Shown piece after piece: positions 19,631 through 29,797 of a DNA stretch of 64,000 nucleotides. The notes beneath the pieces were generated by a model, which saw nothing but the letters and a program-made list of their open reading frames with translations, did not search any database and had not been told where the DNA came from. Location: the NCBI GenBank assembly GCA_049903315.1, contig JBNGBT010000002.1:256001-320000 (forward strand), written 5' to 3'. Positions within the stretch are counted from its first letter, which is position 1. Every line of letters starts with the position of its first letter. The position numbers and the translations under genes were made by a program. The stretch is from Candidatus Cloacimonadota bacterium. Its GTDB lineage: Bacteria; Cloacimonadota; Cloacimonadia; JGIOTU-2.

Positions 19631-21556
19631 ATGAGAAAAATTCTATTCTTCAGTATAACATTATTGCTTTTGATGAGCACACTTCATGCAATATCAGAAG
19701 TTGATAGTCTCAAAATTGCGATGCTGGATGCGCCGATAGATGAACGAATCACAATCTTAAACATTCTCGCGACAAAGTACTGGTATATCGACCCGGATTC
19801 CAGTGTATATTTTGCTGAAACAGCTCTTGAACTTGCTCGAGTCAGAGATAATAAGGGAGGAGAGGCAGAAGCACTTCACAAACTTGGTGGTGCATATTAT
19901 TTTCTCAGTGATTACAGCAATGCGCTGGAAAATTACAAACAATCTTTGCTTATAAGGGAAGAACTTAATAATAATGAGGGAGTTGCTAATATATCCAACA
20001 ATATAGGAATGATCTATCAGGAGCTTGGAAGTTATGATAAAGCTCTGGATAATTATATGATCGCTTTGCAGTTTTATGAAGCTTCTCATAATGAAAAAAA
20101 GATAGCAGTTGTACTCAATAATATCGGCGCAGTGTATGGGGATCTGAAAAATTACGATAAAGCATTGCTCTCATATATGCACTCTTTAGAAATAAAACAA
20201 AAATTGGATGATAAAAGCGGTATTGCGAGTACTCTTCATAATATCGGAAGGGCTTATGATAACTTACAAGAGTATGATAAAGCTCTTGAATATTATGAAC
20301 GGGCCGTTATTCTAAAAAAACAATTGAATAACCAGTATAGTTTAGCGATAACGCTCAATAATATTGGGAAAGTATATTCCGAACAAAACAAATTTGAAAG
20401 AGCCCTTACTTATTTTGAGGAAGCTCTTCAGATCGAAAAAGCTGTAGGTGATAAATTTGGTGAAGCAAACACTCTGAATAATATGGGTGACTCTTATCTT
20501 CAATTGGAAGAATTAGACAAAGCAGAACAAAATTTATTCCAAGCACTCTCGATTGCTTTAGATATAAAAGCGAAATATATCATTGAAGCCTGTTATGTCT
20601 ATTTATCAAAGCTGTATGAAAGAAAGGGTAAACCTGCTATAGCTCTTGATTATCATCAGAAAATGTTCGATATCAACCAGGAAATATTTAATGAACAAGT
20701 TCGAGATAAAATAGCGATGCTTCAAACAAGATATGAGACTGAGAAGAAGGACCAAGAAATCGAACTTTTAGTGAAGGAAAGAAATATTAATGAGCTCACA
20801 ATTGAGAAACAGCAAAATCTGAGAAATTTCCTTATTGTGCTTATTTTTTTAGTAATTATTATCGCAATAATCATGTATGTTAGCTATCGACAAAAAAGAA
20901 GAGATAACCTGATTATAGCCCAGGAAAAGGAAAAATCCGATAATTTACTTATGAATATTTTCCCGCTCAGAATTGCAAATGATCTGAAAGAAACCGGCGC
21001 GACTGAACCTGAACTTTTTAAAGACGTCACAGTTTATTTCTCTGATATTGTGGGTTTTACTGTCGCTTCTGCTCGTCTTACCCCTAAAAAACTTATTGAT
21101 GAACTCAATGAAATATTCACTGCTTTTGATGAAATAATAGAGAAATATGAGTGTGAGCGAATTAAAACTATTGGTGATGCGTATCTTGCAGTGGGAGGGA
21201 TGAACAGAAGTAATACATCACCTGCAATTAATATAGTTCGCGCAGCACTAGCGCATCTGGAATATCTAAAAAAACGAAATGGATCATCTGATATTAAATG
21301 GCAGATCAGGATGGGTGTTCATACTGGAGATGTAATTGGCGGCGTCGTGGGCATAAAAAAATATATTTATGATGTATTCGGTGATACAATTAATTTGGCA
21401 GCCAGAATGGAGCAATATTCTGATGCATTAAAAATCAACATAAGTGAAGATACTTATCAATACATAAAAGATAGTTTTAGATGTATTGAACGGGACGGTA
21501 TCGTTGTGAAAGGAAAAGGTGTCATGAAAATGTATTTCGTGGAAGGTGTTATATGA
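19631..21556 (+). CDS. Membrane-anchored TPR-sensor class III adenylate cyclase
   Basis: Signal peptide, about 7 TPRs, one TM, then FSDIVGFT, IKTIGDAYL, YDVFGDTINLAARME; the Lys/Asp pair indicates ATP specificity. Confidence 0.9.
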   Translation: MRKILFFSITLLLLMSTLHAISEVDSLKIAMLDAPIDERITILNILATKYWYIDPDSSVYFAETALELARVRDNKGGEAEALHKLGGAYYFLSDYSNALENYKQSLLIREELNNNEGVANISNNIGMIYQELGSYDKALDNYMIALQFYEASHNEKKIAVVLNNIGAVYGDLKNYDKALLSYMHSLEIKQKLDDKSGIASTLHNIGRAYDNLQEYDKALEYYERAVILKKQLNNQYSLAITLNNIGKVYSEQNKFERALTYFEEALQIEKAVGDKFGEANTLNNMGDSYLQLEELDKAEQNLFQALSIALDIKAKYIIEACYVYLSKLYERKGKPAIALDYHQKMFDINQEIFNEQVRDKIAMLQTRYETEKKDQEIELLVKERNINELTIEKQQNLRNFLIVLIFLVIIIAIIMYVSYRQKRRDNLIIAQEKEKSDNLLMNIFPLRIANDLKETGATEPELFKDVTVYFSDIVGFTVASARLTPKKLIDELNEIFTAFDEIIEKYECERIKTIGDAYLAVGGMNRSNTSPAINIVRAALAHLEYLKKRNGSSDIKWQIRMGVHTGDVIGGVVGIKKYIYDVFGDTINLAARMEQYSDALKINISEDTYQYIKDSFRCIERDGIVVKGKGVMKMYFVEGVI

Positions 21557-22503
21557 AACAATTACCAATATCAATCTTATATGTAGAGGACGAGCATATT
21601 ATTCTACAGTCAGTTAAGGAATTATTGGAGGATAAGGTACGCAATCTTTATCTTGCAATGAACGCAAAAGAAGCGCTTGATCTTTTTAAGAAATATAAAC
21701 CTGAAGTGGTTATCAGTGATATTAAAATGCCGGGAATGGATGGTTTGACACTTCTCAGGGAAATAAAAAAGATAAAAAGCGATACAAAGCTTGTGATCTT
21801 GACTGCGTTCGGGAAAAAGAATTACCTTATGGATGCAATCACACTCGGAGTGGATAAATTTATTCTGAAACCGGTTGAAGAGAGTTCGTATTTCCAGGAA
21901 TTACAAGATCTTTCTAATTCTATAAAATTAGAAAAACAGCTCAGACTTGAAGAAGAACGAAGAAAAAAAGCTCAAAATGACCTTGAAGAAGCAAATAAAA
22001 GATTGATTAAATTGGCAAGAACAGATCCATTAACAGGATTATCAAATCGTCGTGACATTTATGAAAAAATTGAATATGAGATCAGTCGTTTTGAGAGAAA
22101 TAATCAGACTTTTGCTATAGTTATTGGAGATATCGATGATTTTAAGAATGTCAATGATAACTTGGGGCATGATGCGGGTGATTTCGTGCTTTTTTCACTT
22201 GCTCATCAAATACGCTCAATGCTTCGTAAACAGGATATTGTAGGAAGATGGGGGGGAGAGGAATTCATCCTGATGTTACCTAATACCAAAATAGAAGGAG
22301 CCAAAGTAGTCACAGAAAAAGTCAGAAAAGCTATCCAGGATAAAATAATACATTATAAAGAAAATGAAATATCCATTACAATCACTTTCGGCATCGTGAT
22401 ATTTGATGAAATGCAACCTATAAATGACTGCATAAAAAAAGCTGATGTTGCTCTCTATGACGGAAAGAATAAAGGAAAGAACTGTATCGCACTTTACGAA
22501 TAA
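21553..22503 (+). CDS. Response regulator receiver + diguanylate cyclase
   Basis: VEDE..SDIKMP..KP receiver; DPLTGL, DIDDFK, RKQD I-site, GGEEF. Confidence 0.93.
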   Translation: MKQLPISILYVEDEHIILQSVKELLEDKVRNLYLAMNAKEALDLFKKYKPEVVISDIKMPGMDGLTLLREIKKIKSDTKLVILTAFGKKNYLMDAITLGVDKFILKPVEESSYFQELQDLSNSIKLEKQLRLEEERRKKAQNDLEEANKRLIKLARTDPLTGLSNRRDIYEKIEYEISRFERNNQTFAIVIGDIDDFKNVNDNLGHDAGDFVLFSLAHQIRSMLRKQDIVGRWGGEEFILMLPNTKIEGAKVVTEKVRKAIQDKIIHYKENEISITITFGIVIFDEMQPINDCIKKADVALYDGKNKGKNCIALYE

Positions 22504-22681
22504 AAGACTGATAAAGACTGATTTTGATACTTTATATTAAAATATAATAAATTATAGATTATATTAAAGTAAATAAAAATCTTGGTCTTCTCCAAAAAAA
22601 CTTGACGCTCCTCATGACTGGATTACCTTTTTGTTCAAATTTTTTTGAATAAAAAATCAATGATGAAAGTTAATAATAAAA

Positions 22682-23668
22682 ATGATTAAAAAATATGTGC
22701 CACTCCTTTTACTAACCGTCTTACTGTTAGTCAGTTGTGCCGATTTTCTCGAGCCAATAATCAATTATGGGGAGCTTGTGATCGAAGCAATTATTCCTAC
22801 GATCGGCTTTGCAAGAGATGTGTTTGTTTCTGAAGAATATATATGTATTGCTGAGGATCAAGCTGGTTTTTCTATTTATGATAAAACAAATGATTCGCTG
22901 TTAATCCAGTATTATGGCACTATTGAAAATGCTCGACTTATTCAAACAGTTGAAGCGATAAAACAGGTTTTTGTTTATGACCAATATGGAAGTCCGGCTG
23001 CGATCATGGTATATGACATTGCCGATCCTTCAAATCCGGTGGAAATGCCACCTATTACCGGGCAGACAAGTGATATCGAAGCACTGAAATGTGAGTTGAA
23101 ATCTGGCAATAGTGTCGATGTTTTATGGACTCACGCCAATAGTTATCAATATGGCAATTATAACAATATCTGGCTTGGATCCTATGCATATAACTTTCCT
23201 AATGCAGTAGGGGGATTTGATATTGTAGATACTCTGCTTTTTGTCACAGGCGAGCAAAGAGGGTTATATATCACAAATCGAAATGACGGAAATATCATCA
23301 GTACAGTGAATACTCCGGGCACTGCAATAGATGTCAAAGTGTATGAAAATTTCGCATATGTTGCAGATAAAGAGTATGGATTCTCGGTAATTGATATTTC
23401 AGATATTACACAACCCGAGTTGGTTTACACTCGTGACACATCAGGACACGCACAGAGAATCGATGTTGAAGGGGATTATCTTGTCGTTGCATCCGGTGGA
23501 GGGGGAGTGTACTTATTTGATATTTCAGACCGTGCTCATCCTGAGTTTGCCGATCGTTGGGATGATTCGGATATTGGTTACACGTATGATGTGGATATGG
23601 ATAATGGGGAAGTTTTTGTTGCAACCCGCGAGGGTGTGTATCGTATGATAATAATTAATGATAAATAA
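22682..23668 (+). CDS. Lipoprotein with LVIVD-type beta-propeller repeats
   Basis: Lipobox LLVSC; repeats AYVADKEYGFSVIDISD, LVVASGGGGVYLFDISD. Confidence 0.8.
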   Translation: MIKKYVPLLLLTVLLLVSCADFLEPIINYGELVIEAIIPTIGFARDVFVSEEYICIAEDQAGFSIYDKTNDSLLIQYYGTIENARLIQTVEAIKQVFVYDQYGSPAAIMVYDIADPSNPVEMPPITGQTSDIEALKCELKSGNSVDVLWTHANSYQYGNYNNIWLGSYAYNFPNAVGGFDIVDTLLFVTGEQRGLYITNRNDGNIISTVNTPGTAIDVKVYENFAYVADKEYGFSVIDISDITQPELVYTRDTSGHAQRIDVEGDYLVVASGGGGVYLFDISDRAHPEFADRWDDSDIGYTYDVDMDNGEVFVATREGVYRMIIINDK

Positions 23669-23684
23669 AAGAACAAGGATTAAA

Positions 23685-26600
23685 ATGAAAAAAGCTCTTT
23701 TAGTATTGATTTTGTGTTTTGTAAGTTTTTCAACTGTGTATGCTTCAACCGAAGATCCTTTAGCTCTCTCTCAGGACGAGAAAGTAATGAGATGCAAATT
23801 TTCAGATTTGAACGTTACTGAGATCAGTTTTGAGCTTCCAGAATATGATCAAAACTCAGTCTATGAAAAGAATGTTCAATATACAAAAATTTCTCTTCCA
23901 TCCGAAGGTGCATTAATACTCGAAGGATATCCTGATCTTCCTGTTATAAGCAGACTAATTGCTATTCCTTCTCAGGGATCGGTAACTTATGAAATTGAGA
24001 ATATTTATGAAGAAGTGATATCAAATGTTGAGATTTATCCATATCAGGGAGAAGATAGAACTGTTAATAATTTTCTGATGAATGAAAAAGTATACCGCGG
24101 GAATTCCCCCTTTCCTTCTGAAATTATTACTGTTTCAGAACCTCAGATTTTGCGAGATCTTCGCCTTGTCCGCGTGACTATTCAACCATTTCAATATTTT
24201 CCCGAAACAAAAGAACTGAGAATAATAAAAAATGCTGATATACGCGTAACAACATCAGGCACTGGTGGAGCAAACGAGAAGTCATCACAAAGGAAAATTT
24301 CACGCGCTTTTGAACCCATTTACAAATCAATGGTTTTGAATTATGATGAGCTTTTCAGAGACGTTGAGTACCAGGAACCCTGCTATTTATTTATCTATCC
24401 AACCGACAATACTGTTCAAACGTATCTTTCCTTAATTACTGAATGGAAACATCAAAAAGGTTTCCATGTCGAAACAACCGACCTGTCGCATTGTGGTTCC
24501 AGCAGTGGACAAATAAAAACTTTCATACAAAATGCATATGATACATGGGCATATCCACCAGAATTCATTTGTATCGTAGGTGATGCTGATGGCTCGTATA
24601 ATGTTCCAACAAGTTATTACTCAAGCGGAGAGGGAGATCAATATTATGCATTACTAGAAGGAAATGATATTCTTGCTGATGTTATTATCGGAAGACTATC
24701 CTTTAATTCTATACTTGAATTCCAGACAATTATTTCAAAAATACTCAATTATGAAAAGACTCCCTATATGGCTAATACAGACTGGTATAAGAAAGCGTTG
24801 CTTGTGGGTGATCAGTCTTCTTCAGGTCCCTCGTGCATCTCAACATGTAAATTCGTGAAAGAGGTAATGCAGGAATATTCAAATGGATATATTTTTGATG
24901 AAGTCTATTCGAATCCATTTGTATCCGGGATTGCGAACTCTATCAATAATGGAGTAAGCTATTTTCACTATCGTGGTTATTACGGGATGAGCCAGTGGGA
25001 TAATACTGACATTTCAAATCTTTCAAATGGGTATCTTCTTCCATTTGCAGTGTTCCCTACTTGTGGAACTGGTGATTTCCAGGGTACTACAGGTCGTTCG
25101 GAATATTTTCTGAAAGTTGGATCTCCATCAGCTCCAAAAGGTGCGATCGCTGCTATTGGAACCGCAACACTCAGTACCCATACATGTTTTAATAATACGG
25201 TCTCCGCAGGTGTTTTTACTGGTGTTTTCCGGGATAAAATATTTAATCCCGGAGGTGCATTAGTCCGCGGTAAACTTAGTCTGTTTAATAGTTATCCAAC
25301 TAATCCAAATAACTGGGTCAACTGCTTTTCTTATTGGAATAATCTTATGGGTGATCCGGGAATGGAATTGTGGACCGGCGTACCTATCCAGTTGAATGTT
25401 ACCCATCCCTCTATCGTACCTGTCGGCACAAATAATATCGAAGTCATCGTTAAGAATACATATGGTTTTGTAATTGAGGACGCTTGGGTCACGATTTACC
25501 AGGAAGGAGATAATATCTTTGAAAGCGGTTATACCGACTCTTATGGTAAAGTAGTGTTACCCATGAATACTTCTATTTTAGATGACGTGACAATAACTGT
25601 GACGAAACATGATCACATTCCATATATTTCTGAGTTTGGTATTGCTCAGGCAAATAGTTTTGCAAGTGTTTGTCATATAGTTGTAGATGATGATAATACA
25701 GGGGCTTCTTCCGGTAATAATAACGCACTTGTAAATCCGGGAGAAGACATTGAACTGATTATTAGTCTGAAAAATTATGGAACATATGATCTTCATAGTG
25801 TGACAGCAACACTTTCTACAAATACTCCTGGAATTACTATCACAGATGGCACTGAGGATTATGGAACTATTCTATCTAACCAGACTGTGCTCTGTGCAGA
25901 TGATTTTGACTTTTCTGTTGATGCTGATGTCCTTGGAGGAACTGAAATAACATTTGAGCTTATTATTACGGATAGTGCGTCAAACGAGTGGACAGAATGG
26001 TTTACAATACCAGTTGACGGAGCAAATCTTGATTTTGTTGAGTGTACGATTATTGATGGTAATGATGGTATATTAAGTCCTGGTGAAACAGCACAAGCCA
26101 TTATTGCTCTCAGAAATTCCGGAACAGTTACTGCATATGCTGTCGATGGAATTCTTCATAGCAATGATGATAACATAGTAATTGATGACAGTCTTGGATA
26201 TTGGGGCGTGATATATGCGAATGATATAGCCACCAATAATGCAAATACTTTTCAAGTTACTGCAGATACTCAGGTCATTCCGGGAACGCAATTTCAATTA
26301 CCCTTACATTTATCGAATACTGATGGATACGATGACAATGTTGTTGTGACGCTTGAGGTTGGTATCGTTGATGTCGGTGATCCCTTAGGACCTGACCAAT
26401 ATGGTTATTACTGCTATGACGATGGTGATACCGATTATAGTGTGGCACCATTCTATTCATGGGTCGAAATAGATCCGGATTTTGGGGGTAATGGTACAAT
26501 CTTGAACCTGTATGATAACGGAGATGATGGTGATATCGAAACAATTGAAATTCCATTTGGCATGACCTTCTATGGACGTTTTTATCATTATCTCACAGTA

Positions 26601-29126
26601 TGCACAAATGGATGGCTTGCACCTGGTGGAAGCGAAGAGTTTGCTTTTATGAATAGACCAATTCCAGAATCTCTTGGACCATCGCCAATGATCGCAGCAT
26701 TCTGGGACGATCTGAAAACTTCTACGAGTGGTAATATTTGTTATAAATATGACAGCAGCTCACATTATTTTGTCGTTGAATGGTCACATTCAAGAAATGA
26801 CTATGACAATTCCGAGGAAACTTTCGAGGTTATTATTTTTGATCCTACTTACTATCCGACTCCGACAGGAGATTCTGAGATATTAGTTCAATATAAGGTA
26901 GTCCATAATGTGAATGCAGGCTATTATTCTGGCGGCTATATTAACCATGGAGAATATGCAACTATTGGTTTGGAAGACCACACTGGAAAAATTGGGCTGC
27001 AATACAGCTTCTGTAATCAGTATCCTACTGCTGCGAAGACCTTGAGCAATGAATCTGCGATATTGTTTACAACTCGCGGATCACAAATTCTTGATCCTCC
27101 GATTGCAGGTGTTTCCCCTCTGGAATTCAATTTTGACCTTGATGTAGGGCAAACTAGTTCGGATGTCCTTAATATTACAAATACTGGAGAGTCCAATTTA
27201 ATATACTCTATTGAAAAAGTGTATAACGATGATCGTGATGGAGGTGGTCCGGATAGCTATGGCTATGTGTGGACAGATTCAAACGAACCCGGTGGACCCA
27301 ATTATGATTGGATAGATATAAGCGGTATTGGAACTGAAGTAAATTTTTCTCATAATGATGTTGCTTCCGGTCCTATTAATATTGGTTTTGATTTTGATTT
27401 TTACGGAGAAACCTACAATGAATTCATCATCAGTCCGAACGGTTGGATTGGATTTGGAGACGATTGGGATGATTATCATAACTATTCAATTCCCCGAAAC
27501 GATGCACCAAGACCAGCCATCTTCGGATTCTGGGATGACCTTGATCCTCTGCAGGGAGGAGACGTTTATTATTATTCAGATGGTGCTGAGAATTTGATAA
27601 TTTGGTTTGACCATGTAATACATTTTCCCGGAAATACAAACGGCACATATGATTTTCAAATAATAATCACAAGTGAGAATACAATTAAATATCAGTATCG
27701 CTCACTCAGTGGGACTTTAAGCTCCTGCACTGTCGGTATCCAAAATGCATCCGGTTCAGTAGGTCTGCAAGTGGTTTATAATGAAACCTATCTGCAGAAT
27801 AATCTTGCCGTTGAGTTTTACAGAGTTATTGATTGGCTCAGTGTAGATCCTATAAGCGGTATTGTTTTCGCAAATGATACTCAACTCGTTGATATTTTTG
27901 TAGATACTGATGATCTTGAATATGGTCATAACTATCAATGTGATCTCTATCTCACGACAAACGATCCCAATCTCAGCCAGACTGTAATACCTGTATATTT
28001 AACGGTTGGCAACATCGATCAAGGTACTGTCCTTGGAAATGTAACATTGCTTGGCGGAACAGCAACAATGGATGAAGTTACTATTAATATCGGGAGTATA
28101 TCTATTCATCCAAATGCATCAGGATATTTTGAAGTACTCGTTCCTATAGGCAACTACACATTTGAGGCAACTTGCTCCGGATATGACAGTTACGTAGAAG
28201 ATATTGAAGTACTGCTTGATCAAACTACCCCAGTAAATCCGATCCTTGAATACACAGAAGCGCCCGATGAAGTATGGGTAGAGCTTTCTGAGGATTATCG
28301 CGCAACAGTTTTATGGAATAGTGTATCTCAATATACTGAGACGAAGTTTTTCCAATCCTACACACTTGCACGTCAAATTGATTCTGGTAATTGGATAATC
28401 ATACAAGAAGGATTATCCGACACAACGTATACGGATAATTTGTTCAATCAATCAGATGGAGAGTATAAGTACGGTGTGAAAGCAGTGTATGAATTCACGC
28501 AAAGTGAAATGACTCAATCTGAAACTGTGCCAATATTCCGTTTTATTGATGTCCAATTTGAATTTACACTGTCTAACGGACTGGAACCGGGTGGAATACA
28601 TTTCACGTTAACGGGATTGGATACAATTTATACACAAGTCTTTGAAGATACAACTCATACAAATGGCATCATAACTTATACGGATGTGTTTAAAACAGAT
28701 TATCACCTCATAGCAGAAAAAGATGGATATGAAACGATTGATGAGATGATTACGATTGATGATGAAACCACAAGTTTTGAATATACACTTCAATACCTCA
28801 CAGCTGTAGGAAATGAACCTGTTCCCCTGATAAGTAAAATTGAGCAAAATTATCCTAATCCTTTTCATATTTCCGGATTTTCAAGTGGTGGAACAGAGAT
28901 AAATTATCACGTTCATAAACCAGCTCATGTGAGTGTGGAAATTTTCAATATCAAGGGTGAACGTGTTACAACATTAGTAAATGAAAGCATGACACCAGGT
29001 ATCTACTCAACTAAATGGGATGGATTGGATGACAAGAGAAGAGATGTAAGTTCCGGTATCTATTTCTACAGACTGATGCTCGATAATTCAACTATTGAAA
29101 GTAAGAAGTGTATTCTCATAAGATAA
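23685..29126 (+). CDS. Gingipain-like C25 protein (non-canonical active site) with propeptide, Ig-like and duplicated GPDxYGY modules, FN3-like domain and T9SS-like CTD
   Basis: Signal MKKALLVL from ATG 23685; propeptide GYPDLP; WKHQKG, IVGD, IGRLS, YEK, NLMGDP; CTD NYPNPF..WDG..SSGIYFY. Confidence 0.88.
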   Translation: MKKALLVLILCFVSFSTVYASTEDPLALSQDEKVMRCKFSDLNVTEISFELPEYDQNSVYEKNVQYTKISLPSEGALILEGYPDLPVISRLIAIPSQGSVTYEIENIYEEVISNVEIYPYQGEDRTVNNFLMNEKVYRGNSPFPSEIITVSEPQILRDLRLVRVTIQPFQYFPETKELRIIKNADIRVTTSGTGGANEKSSQRKISRAFEPIYKSMVLNYDELFRDVEYQEPCYLFIYPTDNTVQTYLSLITEWKHQKGFHVETTDLSHCGSSSGQIKTFIQNAYDTWAYPPEFICIVGDADGSYNVPTSYYSSGEGDQYYALLEGNDILADVIIGRLSFNSILEFQTIISKILNYEKTPYMANTDWYKKALLVGDQSSSGPSCISTCKFVKEVMQEYSNGYIFDEVYSNPFVSGIANSINNGVSYFHYRGYYGMSQWDNTDISNLSNGYLLPFAVFPTCGTGDFQGTTGRSEYFLKVGSPSAPKGAIAAIGTATLSTHTCFNNTVSAGVFTGVFRDKIFNPGGALVRGKLSLFNSYPTNPNNWVNCFSYWNNLMGDPGMELWTGVPIQLNVTHPSIVPVGTNNIEVIVKNTYGFVIEDAWVTIYQEGDNIFESGYTDSYGKVVLPMNTSILDDVTITVTKHDHIPYISEFGIAQANSFASVCHIVVDDDNTGASSGNNNALVNPGEDIELIISLKNYGTYDLHSVTATLSTNTPGITITDGTEDYGTILSNQTVLCADDFDFSVDADVLGGTEITFELIITDSASNEWTEWFTIPVDGANLDFVECTIIDGNDGILSPGETAQAIIALRNSGTVTAYAVDGILHSNDDNIVIDDSLGYWGVIYANDIATNNANTFQVTADTQVIPGTQFQLPLHLSNTDGYDDNVVVTLEVGIVDVGDPLGPDQYGYYCYDDGDTDYSVAPFYSWVEIDPDFGGNGTILNLYDNGDDGDIETIEIPFGMTFYGRFYHYLTVCTNGWLAPGGSEEFAFMNRPIPESLGPSPMIAAFWDDLKTSTSGNICYKYDSSSHYFVVEWSHSRNDYDNSEETFEVIIFDPTYYPTPTGDSEILVQYKVVHNVNAGYYSGGYINHGEYATIGLEDHTGKIGLQYSFCNQYPTAAKTLSNESAILFTTRGSQILDPPIAGVSPLEFNFDLDVGQTSSDVLNITNTGESNLIYSIEKVYNDDRDGGGPDSYGYVWTDSNEPGGPNYDWIDISGIGTEVNFSHNDVASGPINIGFDFDFYGETYNEFIISPNGWIGFGDDWDDYHNYSIPRNDAPRPAIFGFWDDLDPLQGGDVYYYSDGAENLIIWFDHVIHFPGNTNGTYDFQIIITSENTIKYQYRSLSGTLSSCTVGIQNASGSVGLQVVYNETYLQNNLAVEFYRVIDWLSVDPISGIVFANDTQLVDIFVDTDDLEYGHNYQCDLYLTTNDPNLSQTVIPVYLTVGNIDQGTVLGNVTLLGGTATMDEVTINIGSISIHPNASGYFEVLVPIGNYTFEATCSGYDSYVEDIEVLLDQTTPVNPILEYTEAPDEVWVELSEDYRATVLWNSVSQYTETKFFQSYTLARQIDSGNWIIIQEGLSDTTYTDNLFNQSDGEYKYGVKAVYEFTQSEMTQSETVPIFRFIDVQFEFTLSNGLEPGGIHFTLTGLDTIYTQVFEDTTHTNGIITYTDVFKTDYHLIAEKDGYETIDEMITIDDETTSFEYTLQYLTAVGNEPVPLISKIEQNYPNPFHISGFSSGGTEINYHVHKPAHVSVEIFNIKGERVTTLVNESMTPGIYSTKWDGLDDKRRDVSSGIYFYRLMLDNSTIESKKCILIR

Positions 29127-29139
29127 ATAAATTAAAGAT

Positions 29140-29568
29140 ATGCCACAAAGACAGGAAGACACAAAGAAAAACAAAGATATCTTCGAATCTATACCTGAAT
29201 CGATAGAGCAGATTGGTAGGTTGATCGTAGATTCGGCATATACTGTACATTACAATTTGGGATCCGGCTTGCTGGAGAAAATATATGAAGTGTGTTTTTG
29301 TCATGAATTGGCGAAACGTGGTATTAAATATCAAAGGCAGGTAAATGTCCCAATTGTTTATGACGATCTCGAATTTAACGAAGGATTGAGACTTGATGTT
29401 CTTGTTGAAGACAGCGTTATTTGCGAGTTAAAAGCAATTGAGGCAGTAAATCCTATATGGGAAGCTCAAATCATAAGTCATCTAAAACTTACTGGTAATA
29501 GACTTGGCTACTTAATCAATTTCAATGTGCCCAAGATTAAAGATGGCATCCGAAGATTTGTAAATTAA
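29140..29568 (+). CDS. GxxExxY protein (PD-(D/E)XK-like nuclease)
   Basis: LGSGLLEKIY, RLDVLVEDSVICELKA, AQIISHLKLTG..GYLINF. Confidence 0.92.
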   Translation: MPQRQEDTKKNKDIFESIPESIEQIGRLIVDSAYTVHYNLGSGLLEKIYEVCFCHELAKRGIKYQRQVNVPIVYDDLEFNEGLRLDVLVEDSVICELKAIEAVNPIWEAQIISHLKLTGNRLGYLINFNVPKIKDGIRRFVN

Positions 29569-29762
29569 GTATACGATGATTTCAGCCGATTCGTTTATTG
29601 TTCCTTTGCAGTTTTCTTGGAGTCCTTGTGACTTCGTGGTAAAAAGTTAAATAAATTAAATTTATACGTGAAAAATTAAAAATGCTACAGAGACAGTAAG
29701 GCAGAAAGCGTTCTTTAAGGATTCCAACTGTAGTTACCTTTGTGTCTTAGTGCCTTAGTGGC
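29142..29762. repeat. Four 25-bp repeats in alternating orientation around the GxxExxY gene
   Basis: Forward 29142-29166 and 29684-29708; reverse 29616-29640 and 29738-29762; first and last copies match at 21/25. Confidence 0.7.
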
Positions 29763-29797
29763 AGATAAAAAGTAAATATTTTTTTGGAGTTTTTATA

